Counted from the first letter of the whole stretch, positions 34,505-48,133 are shown. The stretch: DNA of 63,991 nucleotides, filler included, from Circinaria calcarea (GCA_051942165.1; 7 parts of 7 records of this genome joined end to end with filler, not necessarily neighbours in it); one strand, 5' to 3'. Translations and numbers: made by a program. The notes: a model not told the origin generated them from the letters alone.

Positions 34505-34860
34505 TTCTCGTAAAACTTTGAACCACAGCCCATGTTTGACCTTTATCATAAGAGAAGGACACTTGACACAAGCCCTCACTGTGGGCAGCACCTACATCTT
34601 GACTCATAGTTGCACCGGTGGTATTAGTTGAGTCAAAGAGCCAGAGACACTAATTAGCATGCAGTCTTTCCAGGAGTAAGTTACTCACTGAGAAGTAACC
34701 TGCTATCCAGCACGCCATGTGACGGTAGGTTCGCCGCCAGGGCCATCGATATCGACATGGTAACCTTTTCAAGGGAAAGGCAGCTGTTCGTTTCCGATAA
34801 GAGGCATAATGAGATTGCTGATATCACCGTGCCATCGGAACGGTGGGAGCTTGTGTCAAG
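34505..34860 (-). pseudogene. AA11 LPMO-like secreted protein relic
   Basis: LPPFR..MPL..PFP*KGYH..PTVTWRAG*QV, intron (GTGAGT), then GAAHSEGLCQVSFSYDKGQTWAVVQSF, resembling the AA11 FPCKG and HGGGSCQ.S.SYD motifs. Two stops, truncated. Confidence 0.55.
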
Positions 34861-35573
34861 CCAACAAGGCAGGTTAGTGGGATTATGGAAAAAACTGTGA
34901 TCTATCTGGGTGTTAAGGGATGTCGAAGCGATCATGGTCTACTTTTCAATCAATAATTGTGGAGCCGATTCGAGGTTACTGGAGCCAAAACTGCGTTTTC
35001 AAAAAATAAAACACCATAGCTGCATAAAACCCATACCAATATGGCGCACTACGAAGGTTGTTCCACTTAATAGAGGAAATGCCAGTCACCCGTCGAGTGG
35101 AATTCGTGGCTGCCCCGATTGGGAAGATCACAGACGAGTGTATATGGGCATATTGGAAATGGGCAACATTTTCACCACCGAACTAGTCGGCTCGAAGGAA
35201 GCATCGTTCTCTGGGGTGTTCATCCACAGCCAGTCACAGTATCAGAACGACCTTCCATCGCCCTCAATCCTCGTCCTAATGCTGTGATCAATGCTGAGGC
35301 TTCACTTACCCAAGGCCCCTGTCAGAGATAGGCAACGTCACTTTCGACTGCAGGTTGACATCCATGGCTTGCGGCGTATTACTGGTCGAGGGAAACAATG
35401 ACTTAGCGCGTAGCAAGTTGGAACGGTTGGGGAAGGGGTTAAGCTGACGAGTCCCCTGCTGCTGTGGGTATAAATGGACCGACCGCCCCTCGACTTTTCG
35501 TTTCTCTTTCTCTTCCTTTGTTAACTTTGAACACAGGTTTTCGTTGCCTGTCTAGCCATTCCACCTCCAAATC

Positions 35574-36983
35574 ATGGATATACTTAATCTATGTTCCCCG
35601 CAAACTGATGATATCTTGATGTCCACGTACACACGTTACCCTAGCGACTACTTCGGACTTCCTGATCCCTTCGATGATGAGCTGTTTGGTGCTCCAGAGG
35701 ATACCGCGGATCCTGTAGAACCATTCATCTTCGATGTTGACTCTGATTTTGGCACGGCGCTTTCCACCAACGAGAACTCTGCCCCACCAGCAAACGAAGG
35801 CGGAAGTATCTCGAGCGTAAAGGTCGCCACACATCCTGCAAAACAAGTGCAGCCATCATCCACCCAGGTGGATACCCCCCAGCTCTCTAATACGAAGATC
35901 GTGGCTCTATTCAACACAGAGGCCACCATACATCCTACCACAGAACAAATGCAGCCGTCAACTTCTGTGAACACTGCGCAGCCATTAGATGCAAAATCTG
36001 TGAAGCCATCCAGCGCAGATATCGCCACAGATTCTACAGCAGAGCAAGTGCAGCCGGCCGCTCCGATGGATAACATTCGGCCATCTAACACAGAGGCCGC
36101 TGAGCCGTCCAATGCACAATCCACCACACAGCTTACACTGCAGCAACTGCAGCTACCTGCCCCGGTAGATGACGTACAACTATCCAATCCAGAGATTGCT
36201 GAGCCGCCCAGTACAGATACTCCAACACATCCTATTACCATAGAACGAGCGGAGCAGCCTACTCTGGTAGATGCACAGCCACCTGATGTAGAAGTATCCT
36301 TGCCACCCCTTGTGGAGAGCACTATACTTCCTCGGTCCACAAAGGCCACACAACAGAATGACGAAGAAGTTTCGCAACTGTCCGACGTGAGCTTTGATCC
36401 GCAGGCTGCAGTTGAGAGCGCCACTCTATCTACTACAGCAGACATTGATGAACCGCCTGTCACCACAGAGGCTGTACCTTCTAGTATAGAGGGGAAAGCG
36501 AAATCGCCCAGCACAAATACTGCGCTGCCGCCTTTCAGTACGCGATCATCTATCACAAATAATGCCATGCAACCATCTTCTCCTGAGGGAAACCTCGCTA
36601 TTGAAGGCTCACCTGGTAAGACGGGTAGGAAAACTCTATAGCATTTGTACCGCTAACATACAGTAGACAATCCAATCAATATTGATGACCCTTTGCCCTC
36701 TACCAGCTCTGACAGTTCTGAACTCTCTAAACTCTCTGATTCTTCAAGCGAAACGACCGAGTTTCCATGCAGGCCCATCAGAAAGAGAAAACGCGATTTA
36801 AATCAAACATGCTCGCGTTATCCGAGCAGAAAACGAGCTAAACCAAATCGCGAGGGATTTGTGACACATGAGCGTATAGTGACCCTTGAAATCGTGCTCG
36901 AGATGTGCAAGGAGGCGGGGATTCCTGAAGATGAGTTTGCAGACGTAATGGCAGTTGGCCTCATTCATTATAACTCACAGTAA
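35574..36983 (+). CDS. Hypothetical S/T/P/Q-rich disordered protein with ~33-aa degenerate repeats and a basic NLS-like C-terminus
   Basis: 355-aa ORF, intron ~36616-36666, second exon with RPIRKRKR and RKRAK. TATA-like TATAAA at ~35469. Confidence 0.65.
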
Positions 36984-37021
36984 CATAGCATTAAATCAGT
37001 TTTTTTTTATTTGGCGCGGAA

Positions 37022-37121
37022 NNNNNNNNNNNNNNNNNNNNNNNNNNNNNNNNNNNNNNNNNNNNTTAATTAATTAANNNNNNNNNNNNNNNNNNNNNNN
37101 NNNNNNNNNNNNNNNNNNNNN
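37022..37121. other. Artificial contig linker
   Basis: N44-TTAATTAATTAA-N44. Confidence 0.98.
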
Positions 37122-38475
37122 GTCTTCCCGCACGCCAGCGCCAGGTCCTTGGTCATGATACCATCCACATCCACCGTATCCACGCACGCCTGCTCCAAGC
37201 TCTCCGCAAACGCCACCACCTCGGGCGTCTCGTCCAGCGTGCCCCGCTGCGCCAACCCGCGCGTCCAGGCAAAGATGGAGGCGATGGGGTTCGTCGAGGT
37301 CTCGTGGCCCTTTTGGTGCTCGCGGAAATGCCGCGTCACGGTGCCGTGGGCGGCTTCGGATTCGTGAGTTTTACCGTCTGGGGTGATGAGGACGGAGGTC
37401 ATGAGGCCGAGGGAGCCGAATCCTTGGGCGACAATGTCCGATTGGACGTCGCCATCGTAATCTAGAGAGAGGCTTTGTCAGTCTTCGCTGGGTAAGAGAG
37501 AGAGAGAGGGCCTCGTGACTTACTCTTCAAAGCCATAACATATCCTCCAGAACTCTTCATCATCTGGGCGACCATGTCGTCAATCAACCTATGCTCATAC
37601 CAAATCCCCTTCTCCTCAAACTCCTTCCTATACTCCTTTTCGTAAATCTCCTGGAAAATATCCTTGAACCTTCCATCATACTTCTTCAAAATCGTGTTCT
37701 TTGTGCTCAGATACAAGGGCAATGGCTTACTGGCCGCAAGCTTAAAACTCGCATGAGCGAATCCCTGTATCGACTCGTCGGTATTGTACTGCGTCTGCGC
37801 CACTCCTCCGCCCTCCCCAAACTCAAATACCTTGATCCTTTCCGGCTCGCCTCCCTTCGGCGTATATACCATCTCCAACGTCCCAGGCCCCTTGGCCACC
37901 ATATCCTTGGCCCGGTACTGATCCCCAAAAGCGTGCCTCCCAATAATAATCGGTTTCTTCCAACCGGGCACCAGCCGCGGTATCCTCGGAATAACAATAG
38001 GTTCTCGAAAAACCGTTCCCCCCAAGTAATTCCTAATCGTCCCGTTCGGACTCAGCCACATCTGCTTCAAATGAAACTCCTTCATTCGCGCCTCGTCCGG
38101 CGTAATGGTAGCGCACTTGACTCCGACAGAGTACTTCTTGATCGCGGCCGCGGCGTCGAGGGTGACTTGGTCGTTAGTTTCGTCCCGGTAGGGTAGGCCA
38201 AGGTCGTAGTATTTGAGGTCGATATCGAGGTAGGGGTGGATGAATCTGTCTTTGATGTCTTTCCAGATGATACGAGTCATCTCGTCGCCGTCAAGCTCGA
38301 CGACGGGATTTTTGACCTTAATCTTCCGTGACGAGGCCATCTTGCGTGTCTGGTAGAGGTGAGGAACGGATCGGGGGAGGATGGGTTGCGGTTGAGGCTG
38401 GCGAAGAGCTGTCGTGGTTGGGTGACCAATTGAGCGACCAATCCGGCGGGGGATTAAGGGAAAGAGGATGCTCAT
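37122..38475 (-). CDS. IDP1: NADP-dependent isocitrate dehydrogenase, 3' end truncated by contig end
   Basis: [67 protein letters not shown]; intron 37462-37523. Confidence 0.96.
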
Positions 38476-38920
38476 AACCAGGTAGAGTAAAAAGGAAGAG
38501 TTGGAGTTTGGAAAGCTACGACATTTATACTGCTGCCCAAAACGTTTGTGGAGAAGTTTTTGGCGGGGCCGAGGGGAAATTTCTGCCAGCCTTGGCTCTC
38601 AGGATGCTTTAGGGCTTGGCAGTTGGTTTTCGGCGCCGACATCAGGGACTGCTACGATAAGGGCACGGTAGCTTCGGCTGGTAATGGAGAGATGCTTGGT
38701 AAATTATTCATTTCTGCTAAGCTATGATTTCTACTTTTCCACACAAGGCAATAGCACCCGGTTTTAATTGCTGGACGTGACTTTTAAGGTATCTATTTTC
38801 CTTGTATGGTGTCATTGTTGAAGATGATATATCGGATATTTACATGTTGTGGATGCCACTGCTCTCAAGGCCGATTTGTTAAAGGGTCGCGAAATGTCCG
38901 GATGACTTCACACCGAGAAT

Positions 38921-41900
38921 TTAGAAAAGGCCGTCAATCTCTCCCGTCTCCGGGTCGACGTCGACGTTGATATAGCCTGGTGCTGTCGGTAGTCCAGGGA
39001 TGGTCTGAATATCAGCTGCCAGCGCATATCTATAGCTATTAGTATTCATCAATACCCTTTCCGCGTCGACACTCACAGGTAACCAGCTCCTACAGCTAGC
39101 CGTACATCCCTGATTGGAACCGTAAAGCCACTTGGTGCGCCTTTCAACGCGGGATCATGACTGAGAGAGTACTGGGTTTTGGCAATACATATAGGGAGGT
39201 TTCCGAATCCTTGCTTCTCGTATGTATCGACCTTTTTCTGAGCCAAGTCGCTAAACTCAACCTTGGCAGCCCCATACATGATTTTCCCGATGCGTTCAAT
39301 GCGCTCCTGCACACTGCCGTCAAGGTCGTAGAGAAGCTTAAATTTCTTGTCTTTGGCACTCGAGGCGATGACGCCCTTTGCTAGGTCAACTGCACCTCTG
39401 CCTCCTTCGGCCCAATGGTTGGCAGGAATGGCATCATCGGCACCGGCAGCCATAGCTTCCTCACGGACGACCGCAATCTCAGCGTCAGTATCAGTCTCGA
39501 ACTTATTGATGGCCACCACTACGGGGATACCATATTCCCGTGCGTTGGAAATGTGTTTCTTTAGGTTGACACACCCTTTTCGTAGTATGTCGATGTTCTC
39601 GGTCCGATAAACTTCGTGTAGAGCTCCGCCTGGAGTAATTTCAGGTCCACCGCCGTGTACCTTCAGAGCCCTTACCGTAGCCACAAGAACAACCACGTCC
39701 GGTACTAACCCTGAAGAGCGGCATTTGATGTTGAAAAACCGTTCTCCGCCCATGGTGAAATCGAATCCAGCCTCTGTCACCACAAAACCGGTCTTCTCGT
39801 CATGATTCTCGTCCTCCTCAGTTCCCGCCAATTTCAAGGCAAGTTTATCCGCTAGAACGGAGCTCGCGCCGATGCTAATATTGGCAAACGGCCCAGCGTG
39901 AACAAACACCGGAGTACCCTCGAGGGTCTGCATCAAGTTCGGTTTGATGGCATCTCTCATTAGTGCCGTCAGAGCTCCTCCCGCGCCTATATCATCACAT
40001 GTCACTGGATCACCTCTCCTCGAAGTAGCAACCACCATTCTACCGAGTCGTTCTCGCATATCTCCGAGGTCGTTACTTAGAGCGAGTATGGCCATGCATT
40101 CGCTTGCAACAGATATGTCAAATCCGGTCTCTCGGGTAGTGCCTTTCTCTGTTGGTGCCTGCCCAACAGTGATTCCTCTCAGATGACGATCATTCACGTC
40201 GAGAACCCGTCGCCAGGTGATTGTATCCGGATCAATGTCTAGCCTTGCAAACCTATGAATTTCGTCTTCCGTCAACTCATTCGGGTCTGTCTTCGTTATT
40301 CCCAGCTTTTTGAGCCGCCGGAACATGATGGGCTGGAATTCCCGCTTTCCTTTGTTCGCTGGAACTAGGCGTTTGTAAAGTGGGCCATCCTTTTGCGTAG
40401 CTTCATGGAACATTCTTGTTTCTATAGCTGCGGCGAGAAGATTGTTGGCTGCAGTGATTGCATGGATATCACCAGTCAAATGCAAGTTGAACTCGTCCAT
40501 TGGAATGACTTGACTGTATCCTCCCCCTGCTGCGCCACCTTTGATCCCAAATGTGGGACCTTGACTTGGCTGCCGTACATTTGCAAAGGCTATTCGGTTG
40601 AGATGACCTCCAATCGCCTGCGTGAGGCCCATGGTAGTAGTAGACTTACCCTCACCGAGGGGAGTTGGTGTGATTCCTGTGACGAGGATGTAGCGTCCGT
40701 TCCGGCGGTGTCCTAGACGTTGTAGTAAGCCCAAGTCGACCTTTGCTTTGTATGCACCGTAGGGTTCTAATTCGTGCGTTGCAATACCGACTTCTCCAGC
40801 TACCTGTGTGATGAGCTTCGGATGCTGAGCGCGCGAGACGGCAATATCCGAGGGAACCGGGCTTTGGAGTTTAAGGGGCAAAGGACGGATATGCCTGGCT
40901 TTCTGCCTCTCAAAATAGGTTGTTGCAGAATCAACAACGTTTTGTAAAAGCATAGCAACCGTCATAGGACCAACACCACCCGGGACAGGGGTTATCTTTG
41001 ACGCAACTTCTGCTGCCGATTCGAAATCTACATCTCCCACCAACCTTTGTCCCGATTTCTTGGTTTCATCGGGAATGTAGTTTGTACCGACATCAATTAC
41101 CACCGCTCCCGGTTTCAGCCAGTCTCCTTTGACGAAGTTCGGCTTCCCAATAGCTGCCACAACGATGTCTGCTCTCTTCAAGTGGTCTTGTAGATCCTGT
41201 GTGCGCGAATGACACACTGTAACAGTAGCATCTGCATTTTTCAGTAGATAACTGACTGGGCTACCTACGATATCACTTCGCCCAAGAACCACTGTATTCT
41301 TGCCTCGAAGCTCAACACCACTCTCTTGAAGGAGTACCATAACCCCTTTCGGCGTGCATGGAGTAAACATTGGCCTGCCACCCCGTTTTGCCAACTCCCC
41401 AATATTACTCACGCTAAATCCATCAACATCCTTTTCATCCGCCACGGCGGATGTAATGGCATGTTCGGAAATATGCTTGGGGACAGGAAGTTGTACCAGG
41501 ATGCCGTGGATCGAGGGGTCATTGTTGAACCTGGTGATATTCTGCAGAAGCTCGGCTTCAGTGATATCCTCAGGGTAATGTATCAGGTTACAGATAATAT
41601 TTGCTTCCTCGGCGGCCTTCAGCTTCATCCGAACATAGGTGCTCGAGTCTGACCGGTCCCCCACTTGCACAATGGTCAATGAGGGCTTGTAACGGGGATT
41701 GGAGGTCTGGGTCTTCTTGATCTCTGCATGAATCTTCTCTCGTATGGCCTTCGCAATAGCGTTGCCATCGATCTTGGTTGCTGTCATGTTTGCGCCCCTC
41801 GTAGAGTATTGCCTTTGCCTGCTCTGAACAGAAGCCGGGCCCACTGTTACTGATAAAAGTCTCACTGTGGAGACGTTGGCGCCGACAGTCTCAATGCCTT

Positions 41901-42069
41901 GTCGCTGCTGTGCATTGCTCACGAAGCTTGAGCAGAATCGAAAGGCCAATGTCCGACGTGGGTGAACAATGTTTAGGGTATGGTGGGGGGACTTGACGGG
42001 TGTGACATGCAGACGCCGGGTGATCGACAGCTTAGGGCTGCTCATGGAAAATCCCATGCCAATTCTCAT
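38921..42069 (-). CDS. ADE3: Trifunctional C1-tetrahydrofolate synthase (ADE3/MIS1-type) with N-terminal extension
   Basis: PCTPKG, GRSDIVGSP, TPVPGGVGPMTVAML, TPTPLGEGKSTT, FGIKGGAAGGG, VHAGPFANI. Intron 39030-39076; last exon ..EIDGLF*. First ATG 42069, second ATG 41787. Confidence 0.96.
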
Positions 42070-42357
42070 CCTCCACAAAGGTCACCACAAAATGAAGTAC
42101 AAGTAGGAAGAACTGACCGCATACGATTCTCACCATCCAGGATCATCTTCTCAAAGTTGCCACTTTTCACCTCGTCTAGTCAATAAATCGTAGGGCCCAA
42201 TTCCGCCCATCTCAACGCACGGATATCAAAGCGGCAACCGGAGGGCGGAAGCCAAAATTCTCATCCCGCTATTCTTCGCTTGCCTCACACCGAAGAATTT
42301 TATACTCCGTAACTATCAGATTTGAAGAAAGCCAGCGCTCTCACACCACCCGAAGCC

Positions 42358-43572
42358 ATGAGACCTATTTTGCTACAGGGTCATGTAAGTGTGTTAGATG
42401 TCTAAGCCTGGACTTGCACAACTAACTTTACCACTTTGCAGGAACGGTCCTTGACCCAAATCAAGTAAGCTATTGGGCGCACTGGACGGAGGGGGAACAA
42501 CCTTGCTTACCGTGTGAAAAAGGTACACAAAAGACGGCGACATTTTGTTCTCCTGCGCAAAAGACCAGGTCATCTGTGCTTGGTTCTCTGCCAACGGGGA
42601 GCGGTTGGGAACATACCACGGCCACCAAGGAGCACTCTGGACCGTCGATGTTGACCCGTCAACTACCCTCTTTGCTAGCGGCGCCGCTGATAACACCGTT
42701 CGGTTATGGGACATAAGGACGGGTAAATGTGTCAAAGTTTGGGATTTCAATACCGCTGTGAAAAGGGTGGAGTTTTCCGAAGATGGTCGACAATTACTGG
42801 CAGTCACGGAGAAGCGCATGGGGTTTCTCGGGACGATTGTGGTCTTCGACATTATCGTGGACGTCAACGCGGAACAAACAGACGAGCGAAGTCTGACCAT
42901 CACGTGCGAAGACAGCAAAGCCACTGTCGCCGGTTGGAGCTATCTCTCAAAGTACATTATTGCTGGGCATGAAGACGGCTCGGTATCACAGTATGATGCC
43001 AAGGTATGAGAATCTCACCTACCCTTTCACTCAGACTAACGTCTTGCAGAGCGGTGAATTGCTCATCAACGAACCTGTTCATGAAGATGGAATGCAAGTT
43101 ACAGATCTACAATGGGCACCTGACCGGACCTACTTTATCACAGCCTCCAAAGACAAAACAGCCAGGGTAACTCTCCTTGGGGACTTTCTATTAACCGAAC
43201 TAATGTGAACAGATATCTTCTGCCCGCGATCTGCAACCACTCAAAACCTACGTGGCCGACACTCCACTCAACACCGCAGCGATAACGCCGAAAAAAGACT
43301 TTGTCATCCTCGGTGGCGGTCAAGCGGCCATGGACGTCACAACCACAGCATCACGGCAAGGCAAATTCGAAGCTCGCTTCTACCACAAGATTTTCGAGGA
43401 TGAAATCGGAAGAGTGAAAGGGCACTTTGGTCCGTTGAACACGATCGCAGTAGATCCGCAAGGGAGAGGTTACGCGAGTGGTGGCGAGGATGGCTATGTC
43501 CGAGTGCATCATTTTGAAAAGGCTTACTTTGACTTTTTATATGAGGTTGAAAAGGCCGCTAATCGGTCATAA
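42358..43572 (+). CDS. TIF34: Eukaryotic translation initiation factor 3 subunit I (WD40)
   Basis: [64 protein letters not shown]; four canonical introns. Confidence 0.96.
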
Positions 43573-44606
43573 GAGAAGGATCCGGGGCTTATGCATATGG
43601 CGTGGGGCGTTCCTGGCTCAGGCGTATTCAGGGAGGTTGCATCAGGAATACCATCTCGCACCATACGAATTTCAGTTGGCCAGCAATAAGTAGGGCGATC
43701 TGATTCAATGTTCAAAGGATCAGATCCTATCATAGCTTAGGAAGATAAAAATTTTTGTTGGCCCTCCCCCCCCCTAAAAGACGACACTCTTTAAACATTG
43801 CATCAATTTCAGGGGCATTGCCTTTATTCCCTCTTGAGCCAAAGTACATACATGACGAGATACCGGGAAACTGGACAGGCACGGCACATTGGGGGATAGG
43901 ATACACGCTTCCCAAAAATTTCCAAGTACATGTGTGTGTTTCTTGTTTTTCTTTTTTTCTTCTTCTTTTTCTTAACCGGGCGACCAATTTTAAGTATCTA
44001 TTCGCTAGATTCATGTTCACATTCATCAATAAGGTTTGAGCGTCGTCGACTCTTTCTATAATACGTTACTAGAGTTCCTATGCCGGCGGGATGTTGTTAG
44101 TTTATGTATGTGTAGTGTTCAGAGATCCGGGATCCCGGAGTAAGGTAGCTATTTTGCATCTTTCCATCTTGCATCTTGCAGGATTTACTGTCTGTCCACT
44201 TTTGCTGGAATCCGCATGCGTGAACGGTCAGAGTAAAATAAAACCCTAGATGTGAAGTGGTCGGCACAGTTCGGCCTATTAGGGGCATATACGTCACACG
44301 TGCATAGTTTCGTAACCTAGGTACTAGGAATTTTGAGATATCTAGAGCCAAAAGCCACCTGGATAGCTAAGAGTGGCACAGCAATTTGGAAACTGACTCC
44401 CGGCAGCTGATACAGTGTACAAAACCCGAAAGCAGAAATATTTGCTAATCTGCCAAAGGGGAAGGGTAATGTACACACAACTGGCTTCATAGCCGAACCG
44501 CTTCGTCGAGTCTAGAAACCGTGGAACCTCCCACCGAGCACGCCCACAAAATGCTCTGACAAGCTGCAACTAGCCAGGCAGTTTCCCCCACTGACTTCTT
44601 CAGCCC

Positions 44607-46290
44607 TCAATCGTTCTCGTAAATCTTCACCTTATCCGCGTATTCGCGGATATTCGAGACGACATTCTCTTCGATCATGTCACCTTTACCACCCGCGATC
44701 CGCAAGATCAGGTCGTTCAACGACGCCCGGCCCAGGATATCGACGTGGTCTGCCGTGTTGGGCCCGCCTCGGGGAGAGAAGCGGTTGGGCTCGTGCGGCA
44801 TCTCGTAGGTTTTGATCTGCACCCCGGCGGGATTGTACCGCTTGATGCGCCAGCCTTTCGCACACATGTAGCCTGAGCTCAGGAGCGAGACTGTGCCGTC
44901 TCCCTCGCCGGGAATGATGCCGTGATCGACTTCTCCTCGCGTAAATGCGGTGTCGATTGTGACGTTGAGTTTGGAGTTTACGTCCTGGTCCTCGCGGTAA
45001 AAGTAACTTCGCTCGGTGGACTTGCCGATACCGTAGAAGCAGTAGATCTTGAGATGAGGCGCCAAGGGAAGCCGGGTTTCGAGTGGGTTAATCCATTTTC
45101 GAGGATCACGCGCGTTGTCCTCTACTTCAGCTGCGGTATGAGCAACCCCATGTGAGTAGCTGTTGGCGATCTGATCGCTATACCAAGTGTCACTGTTAGC
45201 GAGAAGATAGGCTAAGCTCTCTTCTACGGTTAGGTTCTTGGGAGAATGCGTAGAGTTACTTTCTCGGAAGTTGATGAATGTGCCGTAGCTGACGTTTTGA
45301 TTCGGCCGGTCATCGGGTGCCCAGGTTCTATTACCCCAGACGGCATCACCGCCTATCGGGAGCATACTTGAGATACCAGGCATAGCCCTGAAAATCTCCG
45401 CACGTTCTTCCTTGGCCAGGAATTTCTCCAGACCATACACGGCAAATGCATTGAGCTGAGCAGTATCTTTCATTTCTCCAGACAATACCGCCGGATAGCC
45501 TTTCAAGGCCCCTAGCATACAGCCACTCACATTGATCCAGGACCCGATGAACGTGTTCACCCAGTCGGGTCCCCCGTCACCGTAACCCTTGGCTTCGACC
45601 CAATGCAAGAAATACAGGAGAACCTGCGAGCCCATGCTATGTGACACGAGTACGACTTTCTGCTTTTCAGTACGAACAGCTGTCTCGATGTACCCCTTTA
45701 GTCGGGTGAAGTAATGGTCGCGAATCTCAAGGTTCATATAAGACAACCGCCAGTCGTAAGCAGCTGTGAAGGAGTTTGTCTGGGTCCATTTGTTAGAGAG
45801 GGTTTGGCACTCTCGACAACCCTACATACCGGGTCATAGCCGATAGTAGCCAGATTCTCCAAAATCTTATTCCAGATCCAGTAGCCGGTTATAAAGCTAC
45901 CAGAGTAATCAGCATACTGGTTCCAATCAACATTGCCATAGCGGAATATCTAACAAGTCGGCGGCATCAAATCCTTGCGAAGCACGAAGCTTGATGCCCG
46001 GCGGGTCTAGCCCTGTGACTCTATCCAGCATAATATGCCTTTTCCAGCCCGCCTTGTCCAGTACGAGAGCCCTCATCATACTCCAACTACCCCATAGCCT
46101 CTTTCTAAAGTATTGCCTCGATGCTGTCTCTGTTCCCCAGCTTTCTAACCCTGTTGATATTACACCGGGTATCATGATGACCGGATGTACCGCTCTGACA
46201 CCCTGGGATTGGAGATGGAGGCCAACGGAGAAAGAATCATAATTGACAGCCTCACGCTCAGTTCGCTGTGGGAAAACTCTGCATCAGCTC
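44607..46290 (-). CDS. LRO1: Phospholipid:diacylglycerol acyltransferase (LCAT family), 5' end truncated
   Basis: IPGVISTGLESW, YFRKRLWGS, GYWIWNKILENLA, AAYDWRLSY, SHSMGS, GEGDGTV, DHVDILG. Confidence 0.95.
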
Positions 46291-46390
46291 NNNNNNNNNN
46301 NNNNNNNNNNNNNNNNNNNNNNNNNNNNNNNNNNTTAATTAATTAANNNNNNNNNNNNNNNNNNNNNNNNNNNNNNNNNNNNNNNNNNNN
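46291..46390. other. Artificial contig linker
   Basis: N44-TTAATTAATTAA-N44. Confidence 0.98.
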
Positions 46391-46632
46391 CAAGGTTAAA
46401 AGCTTCCTCCAGCCATTTGCAGAAAGTGGGCAAGCTGTAGGAGCAGAGGATATCAAAGCCTACTTCGAGAAACTGCGAGGAGACGCTGAAGCTATTCGAG
46501 CTGCTGGAGGTGCTGCTATCACGGCTGGCGACGGGACAGATGGAGGAGCAGATAATCGAAGGGGGCAGAGTGGTAAGCCATGTCATCACCATCTAATCCA
46601 AAATATCTCGCTAACGTTTTTCAGGTTATTGA
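46391..46632 (+). CDS. 3' end of an unidentified gene
   Basis: Open frame KVKSFLQPFAESGQAVGAEDIKAYFEKLRGDAEAI..., intron 46573-46624 (GTAAGC..CTAAC..CAG), then GY*. Confidence 0.55.
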
Positions 46633-47099
46633 AACTGTCCCATCTACTTCTTTGGTAGGAGATGTGATATGAACAGCCTCCATTCGTTGTGGTCGGCGCC
46701 AAACTCCGCTGTTCACCCTCGATTTACTTGTGGAAGGCTCTTATGGAACACCCTTAATCAAAGCTCCACGAAAGGCATTGTTTTCGAGCTGCATGACCTT
46801 CGTCTTCGTACTACTGCGTCTATGGGATCTTGTGTGGCTGCAAGTCATGTCAAAGCATGTCTCGAAGTGCCCATGATTTACCTAGCACTTTGGTGACGGA
46901 GGGGTACTTCGCAGTTGCACATCTCCTTAGGGGAATTGTACGACCAGAAGCTCCCGATCAATCGTTTTGCGTTCAGCTACGCTGCGTGTCAAATATTATC
47001 ACGAGGCCATCATCCAAAACTTCAATTACATAGATTACATAGCCTCGCGTGGGCTCCTGTCAATGCAGATGATAATCCCCTCATCCTCATCGTCTGGAC

Positions 47100-47884
47100 T
47101 CAAAATCTACCTCTCACCAACCCCTGCAAAGCCCCAACCCCGGCCTTAACGCCATCCACAATCCTCACTCCCTCCTCGACCTCCTCTATCACCCACTCAT
47201 CCATTCCCGCCATCCCCGCACACCCCAAAAGCACCACCTTTACATTCCCCCTATCCACCAACCTCCTCGTCGCCTGCTTGATCTTCTTCTTCACCTCCTC
47301 CTGGGGCATATCATGTAATTCCGTAGCGTTCAACCCCGTAGTCTCCACCCCCGCGAACGGCGAGTTCGAGGTCCCCGAAGCCGTTCCCAGCATCTGCATC
47401 ACTCCGTCTCCCAGAAGCTTCTCCCACACTTTCCCTGTCGACACGATTCCGAACCTCTCCTTCCGTTCCGCACTCACGAGCTGCAAAGCTACCGTGATAC
47501 TGGCTTCGAAAATCCCAAGGATAGGCTTCCCGCCCGCGTGTTTCTGCAGCTGAGGCACGAGCGGGTGCTGGCTATAGCACGCCACTAGCACCGCTTCATG
47601 CTCTTCTAGCATCGGCAGCACGTGCGGGAAGCAGTGCTTCGCGCTCTCTTCGGCATCGCGTTCATTGTTGATGCTAGTGGGGCCGGAGGGGGCGGTGAAG
47701 AAGGTGTAGGTGGTCTGTTGGGTGGGTAAGCCTGGATTTGAGGTCTTTTTATCTCGTAGGTTGGGGAAGTGGCTGGGCGAGGGTGTACATTTTTGTAGTC
47801 GAGGCTTTGTACGAGGAGTTGGAGGCTGGTGGTCATGGAGGGAGTGGAGTTGGGATTTATGAGGAGGATGCGGATTGGGGGCAT
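47100..47884 (-). CDS. DCG1: Asp/Glu/hydantoin racemase family protein (DCG1-like)
   Basis: RILLINPNSTPSMT, SGPTSIN, LVACYSQHPLV, GIFEAS, FGIVSTG..W, LGCAGMAGM, VDGVKAG; one intron. Confidence 0.88.
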
Positions 47885-48133
47885 TGCGGTGGGTGTGTCG
47901 TCTCGGGGAGAATATTTGTCTCAGAAACTCAGACTGCTTTTGCTTCGCTGCCGCGTATATTTCGGAATGGCTGTATATAGTTAGTAAATGCTAAAAATAG
48001 CGTGCGCGCGAAGCGCAGTCTAAGGGTTTCATCCAGCCTTTTTGGTGACGAGAGCGAACTTTTTATATAAGAAATCGTTTTTTTGAAAATTAATCAACAA
48101 CAGCACGGCGTATTAAAATTCTGAAAAATGTAT

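Noticed and set aside
35648..36568. 306-aa minus-strand ORF
   Set aside because: Antisense shadow of the S/T/P/Q-rich plus-strand gene, which has the intron and promoter signals.
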